From: Leucoraja erinacea | Taxonomy: Eukaryota | Direction: 5' to 3' | Assembly (NCBI RefSeq): GCF_028641065.1 | Contig: NC_073398.1 | Coordinates: forward strand, 28,706,001 to 28,770,000 | DNA: 64,000 nt | In this document: positions 36,512-50,445 of the stretch, piece by piece | Layout of the letters: the number at the start of each line of letters is the position of its first letter | Position numbering within the stretch: position 1 is the stretch's first letter | Notes under the pieces: model-generated | Databases searched by the model: none | The model's input: the letters and a program-made list of their open reading frames with translations, nothing else | What the model was told of the DNA's origin: nothing | Position numbers and translations under genes: made by a program

Positions 36512-37743
36512 GAAGGATATGGATTGTTTCATGGTAAAAAATAGTCAATTTGAAAAGGACCAATTTAAATGGGATGAGAACAGATATGAATTGAGTAAAC
36601 CGGCTTGGCAGGCAAAACTATAACAGTGGGTGACCTTTAAAGTGGAGGTATTCCCTAGTCTAGGTACATTCCCATGAGGAAGAAGGATGTGGACAGTAAA
36701 GCCAGAGCTCCTTGAATTTTAAGAGGTGTAAAATGCAGTAGACAAAAGTGCCTATGACAAAGAATTAGGCTGATTTAGAAAGTCCACACAACAAGAAATG
36801 GAAATGAGAAACAAAGAGACAGCAAGAGAAAAGATTGAAATCAAACATTTAAGGAATACACAGACAGTCCTTGGTATTCCAATAGGGAAAGATTTGTGTA
36901 GGAGAGGTGGAGCCATTCAGAGTAAAATTAGGAAATCAACTTCTTGCTGTAAAGGGAGCAGCTGTGGAAACCAAACTTACATTTGAAATCATTCTTTACC
37001 ACGGAAGAAGGTGCTAGATTGCACACCAGTAAATTTAACCTCAATGGTGGGTAGGTTGTAGAAATAATATTCATGGACATAACTGGCAATGAGCTGATGA
37101 GAGGGATAAGTGTGGGGGAAATCTGGAACTCCCTTTCCCGAAAGGTCTATGTGTGAAGGATAGTTGGAGCTGTAAAGACAGTTTGAGAGAGAGATTTTTT
37201 GGAGAGTGGTACAAAATATATGTAGGTAAATAAACTTGGGTGCCGTTGAGCTGTGATCTGATTGAATGAGCTGAACACCTATCTTGTCCTGGGAAAATAA
37301 AACACAAAATGCTGGAGTAACTCAGTGTGTCAGGGAGTATCTCTGGAGGACACGGACCGGTGATGTTTCAGGTAGGGTCCCTTCATCAGAATCCAGCGGG
37401 TTTCTTTTTGTAAGCCAGCATCTGCGGGTCATTGTGTCTCTCTTTTGTCCAGTGGCCGGTTTCAGGATATAGAAGGGGTGGGCAGAAGGTCTATTTCAAT
37501 TATGTATATTTCCAGGACCCTATAATTGTATGAAACTGGGATAATAATGATCACTTGGTGGTGGTAGAAGAAAGTAATCACAATCGGTGGAATTATGCTG
37601 TGACGAGGAGAATCTAGGAGGTGATAGGTGGACGTGAAGGAAATTTGGAAGTCCAAAAGATATGCTGGTTGATTCTAAGCGAGCTGTTCAGGGAGGTTTA
37701 GTTTGATTTCATTTCTTCCATTTTTAATATGACTGTTTTACAG

Positions 37744-37968
37744 GATAGTGTCCGGGGATACTTCAACCCTGTTTCCCAGCACAGGGATTGGTGTCCTTGG
37801 ATTCGAAGAGAACTGAAACCAGAAGATCAGCTGCACAGCTCTGAGCCAGAGAAGCAGAACTTGACCCCTGGGTCACGTGAGAAGACAGAGCCCAGCTGGG
37901 TGACGGTACTTGAGGTTCTGTTGTCCCTGACAGGATCCAGCAGCCCAAATGAGGGCATGGATAGCTTT
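37744..37968 (+). CDS. ZC3HC1: ZC3HC1 coding exon 9 (YFNPVSQHRDWCPW...)
   Basis: ORF 37729..38022; CAG acceptor, GTAAGT donor; QHRDWCPW motif. Confidence 0.93.
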
Positions 37969-39151
37969 GTAAGTAGCACTTTTTCTCCGGTTAGCAGGCT
38001 GCTCGTAGTCCTCTTTCCTTAAAAGGATGAATTCCTTGCAGAACATGGTTCCAACTACTCTTTTCCAGTTCCCCTTTCTGCATTGTTGTCAATTGACCCA
38101 CAATGGAGTGTGCAGCGGGCTCTCAACCGATAGGAATCCTAGATAGTGAAAGGAGTTAGGACAAAAAACATTTTGATTTTATAAGCAGTTCCAATTAGTG
38201 CCGTTCGCATCTTGTGGCAGAAAATCAGTACAATGCCGGCTTTTGCTTTTACTCTATCGATGGCCTGTCTCATTTGTACATCTTTTGATCATTGTGACGT
38301 CTGGTCTGAGCATCCATTAGATTCCCAGACACTGGTAGCATGCCCTGGCCTGTTGCCCATCTCCCATATTAAAAAGCTGCTTAATTTGGATGCCAAAAGT
38401 AGAGTTCTCACCAGAAGGAGGGAGAGAGAAATATTTAACCTTTGTTTGTTTTAGCATTCGTCCACATGCTGGAAAGGTGCCGAGATCATGACCAAAGCCA
38501 TATTGGCCAGTGCTGCCTGTTGAATCAGACAGTTCATAAGCGATCAGGGCAGAATTAGGCCATTCGGCCCATCAAGTCTACTCTGCCATTCAATCATGGC
38601 TGATCTATCTCTCCCTCCTAACCCCATTCTCCTGCCTTCTCCCCATATCCCCTGATACCCGTACTAATCAAGAATCTGTCTGCCTCTGCCTTAAAAATAT
38701 CCATTGAGTTGGCCTCCATAGCCTTCTGTGGCAGGGTGGTTTATTTGTGTCCACAGTCATCCCTCCGGTACCATTCATATGATGCATTCAACCAGAATCT
38801 TTTTTATGTTTTGTACTGGAAATTTTGCAAGTACAGCGATCCTGCTAGAACAGAGAGTGAATTGAACCACTGAGGGGGATGAGGAGGAAATACATCGCCA
38901 TCCAAGATGGAGGTGGCATTGTACTCCCTTTAGGTTCCTCGTCAGGCAGACTGTTTTCTTCACAACTGATGAGCCGTGCAATTCTGTGCTGACATTTTCA
39001 TGCTTTTCAGTTTCGGACTAACTAGACGCAGCAAAATGCCAAGTAATCCATAGAATTGTAATAGTTCAGAAGGAGACCATTTGATCCCTCGACTCAATGC
39101 ACATAAGACCGAGTCAAGCAGGCCTTGTTCATATACTGTTTTTGTTGTTAG

Positions 39152-39220
39152 ACTCTTTCAGAGAAATCGAGAAAGGTGTTCCGAATATTCCGACAGTGGC
39201 AAGTCTCATGTTCCCTCTAG
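39152..39220 (+). CDS. ZC3HC1: ZC3HC1 coding exon 10 (TLSEKSRKVFRIFRQWQVSCSL*)
   Basis: TAG acceptor; conserved C-terminal LSEKSRKVFRIFRQW; TAG stop; the ten exons sum to 1488 nt (495 aa). Confidence 0.93.
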   Translation, partial: TLSEKSRKVFRIFRQWQVSCSL

Positions 39221-39606
39221 TGGGAGTGATCCTGTAAAGATGTTGGAGGTGCAGAATATTTAACAGAAAAGGAGAGAAAGAAATATCCAACCTCTGCCTG
39301 GCTTTGCTCTCCTTCTACATCCAATGGATTGGGTGATGGTAGTTTTCAATACTTACTGCCAGGATGGACATCATACCTCTTTGAACCAACTGACAGATTA
39401 AAATGAACTGGAAGTTTCTTACAGACCTGTAAATGTCTTTTTTTTAAATAAAACAAAACTTGCAGGAAAGAATGGAAGTATATTTGGTGTATATTGAATA
39501 TGTGCTTTACTGAGAAGAGGGGCCTGATTCATGTCAGCTTCAGTGGTAAACATTTTCTTCTGGTTTTGCATACATTAAACCATCATAACATTTTGTGCCA
39601 AGTATA

Positions 39607-39612
39607 AATAAA
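39607..39612 (+). terminator. Candidate ZC3HC1 polyadenylation signal
   Basis: AATAAA with GT/T-rich tract downstream; alternatives at ~39447 and ~39713. Confidence 0.5.
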
Positions 39613-40869
39613 GACTGCCTGCTTTAATCTTGTTTGACAGTTTTGTTTGGTTGTGGTTTCAATTATTTTGCTCTTGTGATAAATTAATGCTCCTTAATAC
39701 TGTCTGTAACCTAATAAAACCTTGTGAAGGAAATGATGTGGCATAAACATTAGATGCAGGTTAGATGGGGAGGGACTGAGCAAGGCAATATGGTCCGGGT
39801 GTGATGATAAATTTTAAGAATTCAGAAACACGAGAAAACATTCCTTCCCTGGAATACATTTTGCTGTCCAGTGCCTTCGTAACCAAGAAAACTGAGGATT
39901 ACAATGCTGCGAGGGAGGGAATCCCAGACTGATTAATACCACATGCTTTCCCACAATAGCACCACTCTGATGTGGACAAGACTGCTGAGTAAAGGGTGAG
40001 TAACTCCCAACGCCCCTCCTCATACCCTCACCATATGAGTGGCATCAAACACAGGCCGGCTAAATGCGGTTTTAATGATGGAGGAAAGACTAGTGGAGTC
40101 TAGGGGATCAAAACCACATTCCAATGAAAAGGTGTCAAGAGCAGGAAATATGAGGAGAAAGGAATTTGCTATGGCTGCCAATACCACAACTGTGTTATTG
40201 AAGATGGAACTTTGCAGTATAGGAGACCATTCAACCCCTTATGACTGCCAGGAAAGCTATCTGATTTATTTCACCAGTACCTAGTTTCTGACCATTCGAA
40301 ATGTTTTTTGTTACTCTAAACTATTGAATGTTTTTGAGAGATTCCTTCGCACCATTTTCTGCTGTAAGAACAATCACAGGTTGTTCAGTAATTCTCGTGC
40401 TTGATTGTTCCAATCTCTTTGCTGCTCTTCGCTGCCCTCCGATGGTGCAAATCTCACAGCAACAAGTTGAACATGGCGTCTCTGCAGTAAAAAGACTAAA
40501 GCAGTTTTAAACTAGAAGGAAAACTCTTGATTTGTAACTGAAACCTACAGAGACTATTGATAGCAAAAGTTGATCCAAAGAGTTCACCTCGAGTTCATAA
40601 GCTGTTTTTACAATGTCGTTTGAACCTCATGAATAGTTTCAATGTTGAGGATCAGTTACACAACCCAGTCATGAGAGAGCCCATGCTCGTGTAATAGGAA
40701 CCAGAACTCTTTGCTGCCCTCCTCACATGTCCTTAATTTATAGAAACATCCACTGCCTCCTTGTTGCTGTCAAACAGAGTGACACAGCAGTTAGTGCTGC
40801 TGCTTCACTGGGACCCTGGGTGTTGAATGTATGGAATTTGTCCCTTTGAATGCACAGGTTTTCCCAGTT

Positions 40870-41191
40870 TTCAGATTCAGATTCAATTTTAATTGTCATT
40901 GTCAGTGTACAGTACAGAGACAACGAAATGCATTTAGCATCTCCCTGGAAGAGCGACATAGCAAACGATTTGAATAAATAATAATAGGTGTCCGGGGGGG
41001 GGGTGGTGATTGGCAGTCACCGAGGTACGTTGTTGAGTAGAGTGACAGCCGCCGGAAAGAAGCTGTTCCTCGACCTGCTGGTTCGGCAATGGAGAGACCT
41101 GTAGCGCCTCCCGGATGGTAGGAGGGTAAACAGTCCATGGTTGGGGTGAGAGCAGTCCTTGGCGATGCTGAGCGCCCTCCGCAGACAGCGC
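40870..41191 (-). mobile_element. Rex1/Babar 3' end, near-identical to 56280-56610
   Basis: Reverse-complement match including tail. Confidence 0.88.
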
Positions 41192-44100
41192 TTTCACCCC
41201 CATCTCATAGATGTACTGGTAGATTAATTGGCTGTTGTAAACTACCTCTGATGTAGGTCAGTTGCAAAACAGCCAAAGATAAGCTGATAGGTACATAAGA
41301 GGCAATAGGTTGCAAGGAAATAAGAGGACTAATGGGACCGCTCTGTTGAGACCTAGCAGGAATCCAATGGGCTGAATAGCTGCCTTTCATGTTGTAATCA
41401 GTAAGTGTGAAAAGTAAAACAACTGAAGAGTCTGTGCCTGCTCATGGATCCCACAACTCACACGTGTCTGAATGACCACAGATTTTAGAACCAAGTAATA
41501 TACTATTCATTAGATCACTATAATAGCAGACAAATTATTGGTGAATAGGTAATGCAAACAAGTCTGTCCTTTTGACTACCTCTAATCTGACCCCCCACCC
41601 CCTCCCTCGGTTCATAACCGATTACACTTTTCCTGACATGTTCTGGTACAGGCAACTACTTTGGCTGTAAAATGACTCATTTAGGAAAATCTAGATGAGG
41701 AAACATAATGGAAGGTTATGCTGGTAGACTGGGGTGAATAAGGGTGAGCAGAAGCTTTTGTAGAACATAAATACTGGTATAAACCTAATGACACTTTGCT
41801 GTGTATTAACAGTGTTTAATGTGCAATATTGTTCATGTTATAGAGCAGCAGAATGTTAAGCTGTGTCCATGTGCTGTCTAAGATGGAACAATTAACTTCA
41901 ATTTTCCCCTGGCTTGACATAAGAAAATTCATTCTTTTCATTATACAGTTCTTGATCTTTAGCTTGGTCTGCAATGTAGTTCCCTCCCACAGTCAAATAA
42001 ATTGCTGCCAGTTTGCCTTACGAAGGATGGCTATTAGGAAAGATTACTGTTAGATATCCTGTAAGATCTGAGGCTCAATTGTCCTAACGTGGAAGATCAA
42101 CTATGGGCTAAATCAGGAAGAGGTGACCAGGTAGCATTAACTTGGATATGTTGGAGTGAAGTGAGAATATGAACATTTTTAAACATCCTTTATCCTTGAC
42201 TGCAGCGATGGTCTAAAAAAAAGTGCTGTTCTACAGTTGTTTAGAGGACTTCAGCCCAGGGTCGAACTAAATAACAGATCACAAATGTAATCAGGTTCAC
42301 TTCACTCTGCTCTCTTGTGATCGTGTGCACAGTTCTGTGAAGTTAGACTAAGTGCTTTTAAAGTACAATATAAGGACAGAAATATATGCATAAGATAATT
42401 GTTGTTGACGAATGCAAACTGTACGTAAGATCACAAACTGTTGCAGCAGATCAACAGTTTAACCCAAAGAATTGTCCACAACTCACCCATTTTAGTGCTG
42501 ATGCTGTCAGTAATTCGAGCAAGTGCTGCCACAGACTATATCAACAAGGATGGTGTTACATCCAAGCCTAACCTGCGTTACTGTGCATCGATGACCATCT
42601 TCAGCTAATTAAACAATGACACATGTATCAGACGGCTGGACGTTGGGATGTTCTCATGGCAATAATGAATTCCACTTGCAACACCTCAAATAATATAGCA
42701 CTATTTTCTTTTTCTGCCTTTTACTTACGCACACTAGCCTATTCTTCACTCTTTACTATCTCTTTTTTCTTTTTCTCTTCCTACTTTTCTCTTTAAAAAA
42801 AAAGGAAGTTGTACAGAGAATGTAATATGTTAACATAATTTTGGGAACCTGTAAAAAGGTACCACTGTATTATACTTACTTCTAATAAATAAAAAAAATA
42901 ATAATTAAATAATAACGTCCATTTTGCCCATGCAAATAAACTATTTCCAACAAAGTGAAGTCTAACCATTTCCCTCTCAATTCAGTGGAATTACAATTGT
43001 TGAATCATCACCATTAATATGCTGTGAGCCACCATTAAACAGAAATGTAAAAGGATAAACACAGAAATACTATGGCTTCTTGCACAAGGCAGATGCTCAG
43101 TTTGTGTGACTGCTCTCTCCAAAGCATTTCCATCATCCATAGGGATAAGTGCTAGACTGAGTGAGGGATAGAAAGGAAAACACTAGACAGAGGGGGTTGA
43201 AGATTGGTGGAAATTGAGAGTGTGAGGAAAAGATCAGCTCTTATGACTGTGGCCATGTGTGTGGTCTGAATGGGGCTGTGTACTTAGATTGTGTAACTGT
43301 ATATGTGTTGGTGCCAACTCTATGCAGCAGACCCTCTGGTCTCCCATCGCCCTACCTCTTTGTATTGGGCCAAGTCATCATTTTGCTGAGCCCATGTAAT
43401 AGCTGGTGTGCGACAGCCACCTCATGATGAAATAATTCCTGTACAGATATCTTCCAGTTCACCAAAGTCATGCTCAAGATTAGGCAAATCCTCGTGACTT
43501 GGCATGGAACTGGGCAACTCAATCCAAGCTGAATGTTCATTAAAATCTAGTTGCGTTCAGTCATCCTCAAATCAGGTTGCCAGGCACTGACCCACAGACT
43601 CCTATACACTGAACTGTACTGTTGTGATTTAAGTGAGCTCAGCACAGCAAAGGTCAACCTTGAATTAAATAAAAGCTAGTTTAGCAGTTTGTTGAGGATG
43701 CCATTTTGGAGCAACATTCCAGGAAAATCCAGCATTTGTCTTTAAATTTAAGTCAAATATTTAACACCAGATCAAAGAACAAATATACCACAAGAAACAG
43801 GTCTATTCTTAAAGGTACACAAAAAAGCTGGAGAAACTCAGCGGGTGCAGCAGCATCTATGGAGCATCTATGGAGGTCTATTATTAATGCTGGTGTTTCC
43901 TCTGAACTTCCTCTTTCCTCATCCAACTCCCTCAGCATAACTTGCTATTCCTCCCCCCCCCATGTAGCAGCTGGTGTATGACAGCCACCCCATGATAAAA
44001 TAAATCCTACACATCTTCCAATCCTCCAAAGCCATCCTCAAGACGAGTCAAATCATCATGACTTGGTATGTGATTATCTTGATACCCTGCACACACACCT

Positions 44101-44384
44101 GTGGCATTTGCCTTCCTTGCTCCCTATGTCAGCTAATTCCATCTCACTGCTCTTAATTCTCTACCTCTTTAAAGAAATTTATTCCCGAATTCCCTCGAGA
44201 AACAGAGAGTTAAATTTGGCAGCAATGTGTATCCCAAATTGATGCCTTCCCATTGCACTTTACAGCCAATTAATTGCTTTTGACAGTGTGGTCAATTTTT
44301 ATTGCAGGAAGTATAGCAACACATTTGCACACAAGGGTCCTCCAAGAAACAATGTGTTAATGGCCTGACAATCTGATTTAGCCA

Positions 44385-44452
44385 AAGGTACACAAAAATG
44401 CTGGAGAAACTCAGCGGGAGCAGATCTTCCAGCATCTGCAGTTCCTTCTTGA
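44385..44452. mobile_element. Minimal 68-bp inverted Penelope tail insertion
   Basis: 17-bp TSD ACAATCTGATTTAGCCA (44368-44384 / 44453-44469). Confidence 0.85.
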
Positions 44453-44776
44453 ACAATCTGATTTAGCCATGTTGGTTGAAGGGTAAATACTGGTGAAGGC
44501 TGGAAGGCATTTCCCTGATTTTCTTCAAACAGGACCCATAGGATCTTCAAGTGGGAGTTGGGAGCTTGGTGTTAGTACTCCATACGAAGGTAGTACCTTA
44601 AGCACTGAGGCATCGAAGTGCCAGCATAGATTATATCCTTGTCTCTGGAGTGGGAGAAGGGTTTGGGGTTTAGATGCTGTTTGGCACGCATTAAAAATAT
44701 CTGGAGATGTGGATAGACACAAAAATCTGGAGTAACTCAGCGGGACAGGTAGCATCTCTGAAGAGAAGAAATAGGT

Positions 44777-44804
44777 GATGTTTCGGGTCGAGACCCTTCT
44801 TCAG
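44777..44804 (-). ncRNA. Hammerhead core variant in a Penelope tail (44714-44806)
   Basis: CUGAAGA-A-GGGUC-UC-GACCC-GAAAC-AUC; G->A at helix III consistent with CpG decay. Confidence 0.55.
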
Positions 44805-45811
44805 ACGATGTGGAAATTGATTGACCTCATGAGGTATGGAAAATCAATTAGTAAATTTTATATTTAATATTACGAAGAGACATTTGTTAAACTTCTCCCC
44901 GAGGAAAGTAATTGTCATGTCTTGTGCTATAATTTTGCTGCTTAAATTGCACGACCTAATCAGCTCACCCTTGAAGCCTTGTTTATGTCCAGATTCATTG
45001 AAGCACAGATGGGATGTAATAATTTAGTGTTCACATTTAAATGTCTTTCATGAAGGGAATAGATTAAAATACATTTCTTTCAATAAGATTAGTCTGAAAA
45101 TGAAAATGTAGTACTGTACCAAAGGGAAACTAAAACAAATTGCAGATGCTGGTTTACAAAAAGAGACACAAAGTGCTAGAAATAAAATAAAGGTGCGTGC
45201 GTTTGTGTGCACCGAATAACATATAACGGTAATTATATTAATTTAGTATTAGGAAGAACAGGTCTTTTTTAAACTCTTGGGCCAACAATACAAGGCATAT
45301 GATGATTGCGAGGAGAAAGGCCGATAGTTAATTTACCTGGAGGATGTCTCGTGATGCCAAACTGAAGGAGAAATTCGTGGATCAAGAACCAGACAATATG
45401 CAGAGCTTATATTTGGGTTGTCTATTCCTTGCCCTCGCCTCTGACATCTGCTCCAGCCCTACAGTCCTCCATGATTGCTTTACTTCTCTAATTCTATTCT
45501 CTGGCCCACATCCATTTTCCATCACAGCACACTAAAGATTATGTTTTTCACTAGCAAGACCTATACCTAAGCTCTGAAATGTGATCCCAAACCCTCTGTC
45601 TCTCATGTCCGTATTAGCTCTCTGTTAGTTGCTTCTATTGTCAAATTTTTCATCATGTGTGCCTATATCTTGGACACATAACGGGCAACGATGAGTCAGA
45701 ATACAGGAAGGAAATTGATATTGTGATTAAATAATGCTAGAACAACAATCTTGCTCTTAATGTTAGCAAGACCAAGGAGCTAATTGTTGACTTCAGAAAG
45801 GGAAAATGGTA

Positions 45812-46031
45812 AATGGGAGTCTGGAACTCTCTGCCGCAGTCGAGGCCAGTTCATTGGCTATATTTAAGAGGGAGTTAGATGTGGCCCTTGTGGCTAAGGG
45901 GATCAGAGGGTATGGAGAGAAGGCAGGTACGGGATACTGAGTTGGATGATCAGCCATGATCATATTGAATGGCGGTGCAGGCTCGAAGGGCCGAATGGCC
46001 TACTCCTGCACCTAATTTCTATGTTTCTATG
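45812..46031 (+). mobile_element. CR1 (HER1-like) LINE 3' end
   Basis: ATATTTAAGAGGGAGTTAGAT...GGGCCGAATGGCCTACTCCTGCACC, (TTTCTATG)n tail; similar copies at 47008-47243 (+), 60705-60918 (-), 38535-38733 (-). Confidence 0.8.
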
Positions 46032-47007
46032 AAAAAGTAGGATCAGTGAACATTTCTTCATCAATGGGATGGCAATGGAGAGAGTCAACAGATTAAAGTT
46101 CCTGGACGTGCATATTTCTGAAGATCTGTTCTCAGCACCAATCTACTATGAACTACTAACGGTTTACAACAGTTTACTACGTGTTTTGGCTTGCACCATT
46201 ATGGTCTAATTGCTGGCTATCACTGATGATTCATTGTATTATTGATTATTGTATATTTATCTGTTTAAGTGTCTGTTAAAGCAAGTAAAAATGTCAGTGT
46301 TTTGTTGCTAATGCGTATGACAATTAAACATTCTTGATTCTTGATCTTCATGTGTCAGACTTTGTTAACTAAAGCTTTGATGAAACAACTTTTATTGCTG
46401 GTGATGTTATTGTGCTAAATATCAGCAAACACTAATAATGAACACAGACCCGCTTCATGATCCCTTTCCCTTGGAGATTAACTTGCCATCTGACCTTGGC
46501 TAAGAGGCTGTATGGTTGCGAAAGCCAGGCATGGACTGTCAGCAGTTTGATTCACCTATTTGACTTTTCCTTCTGTGGACAAACTTATGTAAAGCACCAG
46601 CTAAAGTATGAAAAACGGTGGAGATTTTTTCCCCCATATGATTAATTCACTGAAATATATCTTAGTTATAACTTCGGAATAGAAAGGTTCCCAGAAAAAT
46701 ATCTCAGCGCGTAGTTTTTAGTTTCTGATAAGAAAGATCTGTCCCCAGTAGGTGTCCTTATGTCCACATTGTGAACATTATGTCTGTTTCTCAGGAATAA
46801 TTTTGTTTCTGATCAAAAGTCAACATTCACTACAATTCCCGAATGTGACATAATAATGAGCATCTCTGTTCTAAATGGCTTACCCCTTATTCTTAAACTG
46901 TGGCTCCTGGTTCTGGATTCCTCCAACATCGGTTTCCTGCCTCTAGTGTGTCCAAAGCCTTAATAATCTTATTTGTTTCAATAAGATCCCCTCTCATCAG
47001 AGATCCC

Positions 47008-47243
47008 CTTACACAGAGAGTGGTGAATCTCTGGAATTTTCTGCCACAGAATGTAGTTGAGGCCAGTTCATTGGCTATATTTAAGAGGGAGTTAGATGTG
47101 GCTCTTGTGGCTAAAGGGATCAGGGGGTACGGAGAGAAGGCAGGGATGGGATACTGAGTTGGATGATCAGCCATGATCATATTGAATGGCGGTGTAGGCT
47201 CGAAGGGCCTACTCCTGCACCTATTTTCTATGTTTCTATGTTT
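47008..47243 (+). mobile_element. CR1 LINE 3' end nested in an opposite-strand CR1 fragment
   Basis: TQRVVNLWNFLPQ..IFKRELD peptide; (TTTCTATG)n tail. Confidence 0.8.
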
Positions 47244-47954
47244 CATCCTTCTAAATTCCAGAATATACAAGCCTCACTCTCCAGTTATTCTCCTCACTCT
47301 CAGCTCCTGCCCAAACGACCTGTCACGCCCATGTGTAACTAGGGGTTAAGCACTGGCTCCAAGTGACATTACAAATATTCAGAGGTCTTGCATAAAGTGG
47401 TTGTGCAGCATGAAGGAACAATTTCATAAAGCGTGCAGAATTCCACCTTCCCAACCTCCTAAAGTGATATCCTGTGCTCAGGTTCCCCTCACAGTGAGAT
47501 CTTCCTGAATTCACATTGCTTACACGCCCTCAGATCTCTCTGTCCTTAAAATGAATGACACTCTCCTCAGACACCATGCCTCACTGCCCCCTATGGTAGT
47601 GCAAGCCAATTAGCTCAATCCTCTTCCCTTTCTCCAGAACCCTGCACATTTTGTGATAGGTTTTAATTGGCCTAAATGGCCTTTTACTGATGACTTTTAC
47701 ATTGTAAAAATGTAAACATTAGGGTCATAGTCATGCAACACGCAAACTGGCACTTTGGCCAACTCGTCCATGTTAACCAAAATGCCCATCTAAGCTAAGC
47801 TTTTCACCCATATCCCTCTAAATCTTCCCTATCCATGTACCTGTCCAAATGTCTTTTAAGTGTTGTTACTGTACCTGCCTCGGCCACTTCACCAGTTCAT
47901 CTCATTTATTCACTGCGCCTTCTCAGATCCCCAGAGCCCCTGTTGGTATCACAG

Positions 47955-49337
47955 TCTCAGTCACCAAGGCCGACGTTAGAAGATCCTTCGGGAGAGTAAA
48001 CCCTCAGTAAGTGTCTGGACCTGATGGTGTACCTGGTTGTGTTCTCAAAACCCTTGTGGACCAACTGGGTTGGAGTGTTTGCAGACATCCGCAACCTCAC
48101 GTAACTGAGGTGTTTGGTTCCCACCTGCTTTAAAAGGGCATCAATATTACTGCTACCCAAGATGAGTAAGGCAACACGCCTCAATGACTACCTTAACGAG
48201 AACCTGGCCCCATTACAATTTGCCTACAGCTATAATAGATAATCGGGGGATGGGGGGATTGCGATCTTGTTGGCTCTCCATTCTGCACTGGACCATTGAG
48301 ACAGTAAAAGTGCAAACATCAGGCTGTACAGCTTGGCGTTGAACACCATCATCCCCTCCAAACTGGTTACCAAGCTCAGGGAACTGGGTCTCTGCGTATC
48401 TCTTTGCAACTGGATGCTCGACTTCCCCATCAAAGAACACAATCAGTACGAATTGGCAACAACAATTCCACCTCGATAACCATCAGCACAGGGGCACCTT
48501 AAGGCTGGGTAATCAGTCACCTGCTCTACTCACTCCATGACATTGTAGCTGGGCACAGCTCCAACTCCATCTTTAAATTTACCACACCACCGTTGTTGGA
48601 CGAATTACTGTAATGAAGAGCGAGAGTATAGGAGGGAGATCAATGGGCTGATTGAATGGTGCTAGAACCTAGGTCTCAACGTCATTAAGACCAAGGAGGC
48701 TGATTGTTGACGAGAAGGCACAGCAACGACTGTCCTTCCTGAGGACATTAAAAAAGACTGGTCTGCCCCAACAGCTGCTGACAACCTTCTACCGCTGCAC
48801 CACAGAGAGCATATTAACGTATGGCATCTCTGTGTGGTATCTCAGCTGCACGGAGGCGGAGAGGAGAGCTCTTCAGCGCGTCGTCCACAGAGCGCAGAGG
48901 ATTATTGGGACACAGGTACCAGCCTTGGAGGGCATCTACCACACACGGTGCCTCAGGAAGGCCGTCAGCATCCATAAAGACTCCTCACACCCTTATAATA
49001 GACTGTTCGAACTACCTCCCTCCGGCAGATGTTACAAGGCCTTCTACGCCTGAACCTCCAGACTCGGGAACAGCTTCATTCCCAGAGCTATAGCGGCTCT
49101 GAACCGGCCCTGCTGAGTGCCCCCCATCCCCCCTGGACTGTCTCCCTCGGATGGTCACGTCGCACAGACACATCTGCACTTTAGTCTGTTGAACTGTTTT
49201 GACTGTTTTACTGTTCTTTTTACAATCCATGTTCTCGGGATATCTAAATCCAAATGTTATTGGTTATTTATGTTATGGCATTGTATGGAAGCTGCATACC
49301 AAATCTCGTTGCGCTTATGTGCAATGACAATAAAATA
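47955..49337 (+). mobile_element. Rex1/Babar fragments: older degenerate RT (to ~48710) followed by a younger 3' end
   Basis: Degenerate RT motifs, then ALQRVVHRAQRIIG...PSGR and TGACAATAAA tail. Confidence 0.75.
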
Positions 49338-49357
49338 TATTATTATTATTATTATTA

Positions 49358-49401
<44 letters not shown>

Positions 49402-49405
49402 TATT
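49338..49405. repeat. (TTA)n microsatellite (LINE tail)
   Basis: Direct reading. Confidence 0.95.
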
Positions 49406-49491
49406 AGAAGAGGAAGGCCAATGATCCACAAACCTGTCTTTGTTGATGGGTTGATGGTAGAGAGTGTCAATAACTTCAAGTTCTTGGGCAT

Positions 49492-49685
49492 NNNNNNNNN
49501 NNNNNNNNNNNNNNNNNNNNNNNNNNNNNNNNNNNNNNNNNNNNNNNNNNNNNNNNNNNNNNNNNNNNNNNNNNNNNNNNNNNNNNNNNNNNNNNNNNNN
49601 NNNNNNNNNNNNNNNNNNNNNNNNNNNNNNNNNNNNNNNNNNNNNNNNNNNNNNNNNNNNNNNNNNNNNNNNNNNNNNNNNNNNN
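49492..49685. other. Assembly gap
   Basis: 194 N bases. Confidence 1.
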
Positions 49686-50233
49686 GGGAAATTTACAGAT
49701 AGGTCAATTAACCTACAAACCTGCACATCTTTGGGATGTGGGATGAAACCGGAGCACCCGGAGGAAACCCACACAGTCACAGGGAGAACTTCCAAACACT
49801 GCACAGACACCCGAGGTCAGGATCAAGCCCAGGTCTCTGGTGCTGTGTGAAATTAAATTGCCCCTAGTGTGTAGGGAGCGGATGAGAAAGTGGGATAACA
49901 TAGAACTGATGTGAATGTGTGATCGATGGTTGCATGGACTCGGTGGGACGAAGGGCCTGTTTCCAATGCTCTCTCTCTGAACTAAACTTTCATTTTGTTT
50001 GCTCCACATTATGTGCATTCCTACCAGCTCTTGCAATGTGGTCTGTTCAACCACATACATGACGTATTTCTTTCCTGGCCAACATTCAGATGGCATATGT
50101 TTCCCTCAATTGTGGAAACAGCCTTTGTTTAAAATCTTTGTAAAATACTTTTTAGTTTGTTTGGAGGTTGTGTTTTGTCACTTGTCCTTAGGCCTGCTGC
50201 CACGTGGAATAGTCAGTATCACTTGCAAGTCCA

Positions 50234-50445
50234 AATAGACACACAAAGCTGGAGTAACTCAGCGGGTCAGGGAGCATCTCTGGAGAAAAGTAATAGGTGA
50301 CGTTTCGGGTCGAGGCCCTTCTTCAGATGAAGGGTCTTGACCCGAAACGTCACCTATTCCCTTTCTCCATAGATGCTGTCTGAGTTATTCCAGCTTTTTG
50401 TGTTTATCTTTGGTTTAAACCAGCATCTGCAGTTCCTTCCTACAT
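50234..50445. mobile_element. Fold-back Penelope tail insertion with hammerhead core (50299-50326, minus)
   Basis: Inverted arms meeting at the core; TSD ACTTGCAAGTCCA (50221-50233 / 50446-50458). Confidence 0.85.

Noticed and set aside
49355-49850. ORFs with poly-I/L and X runs
   Set aside because: Artefacts of the (TTA)n microsatellite and the N gap
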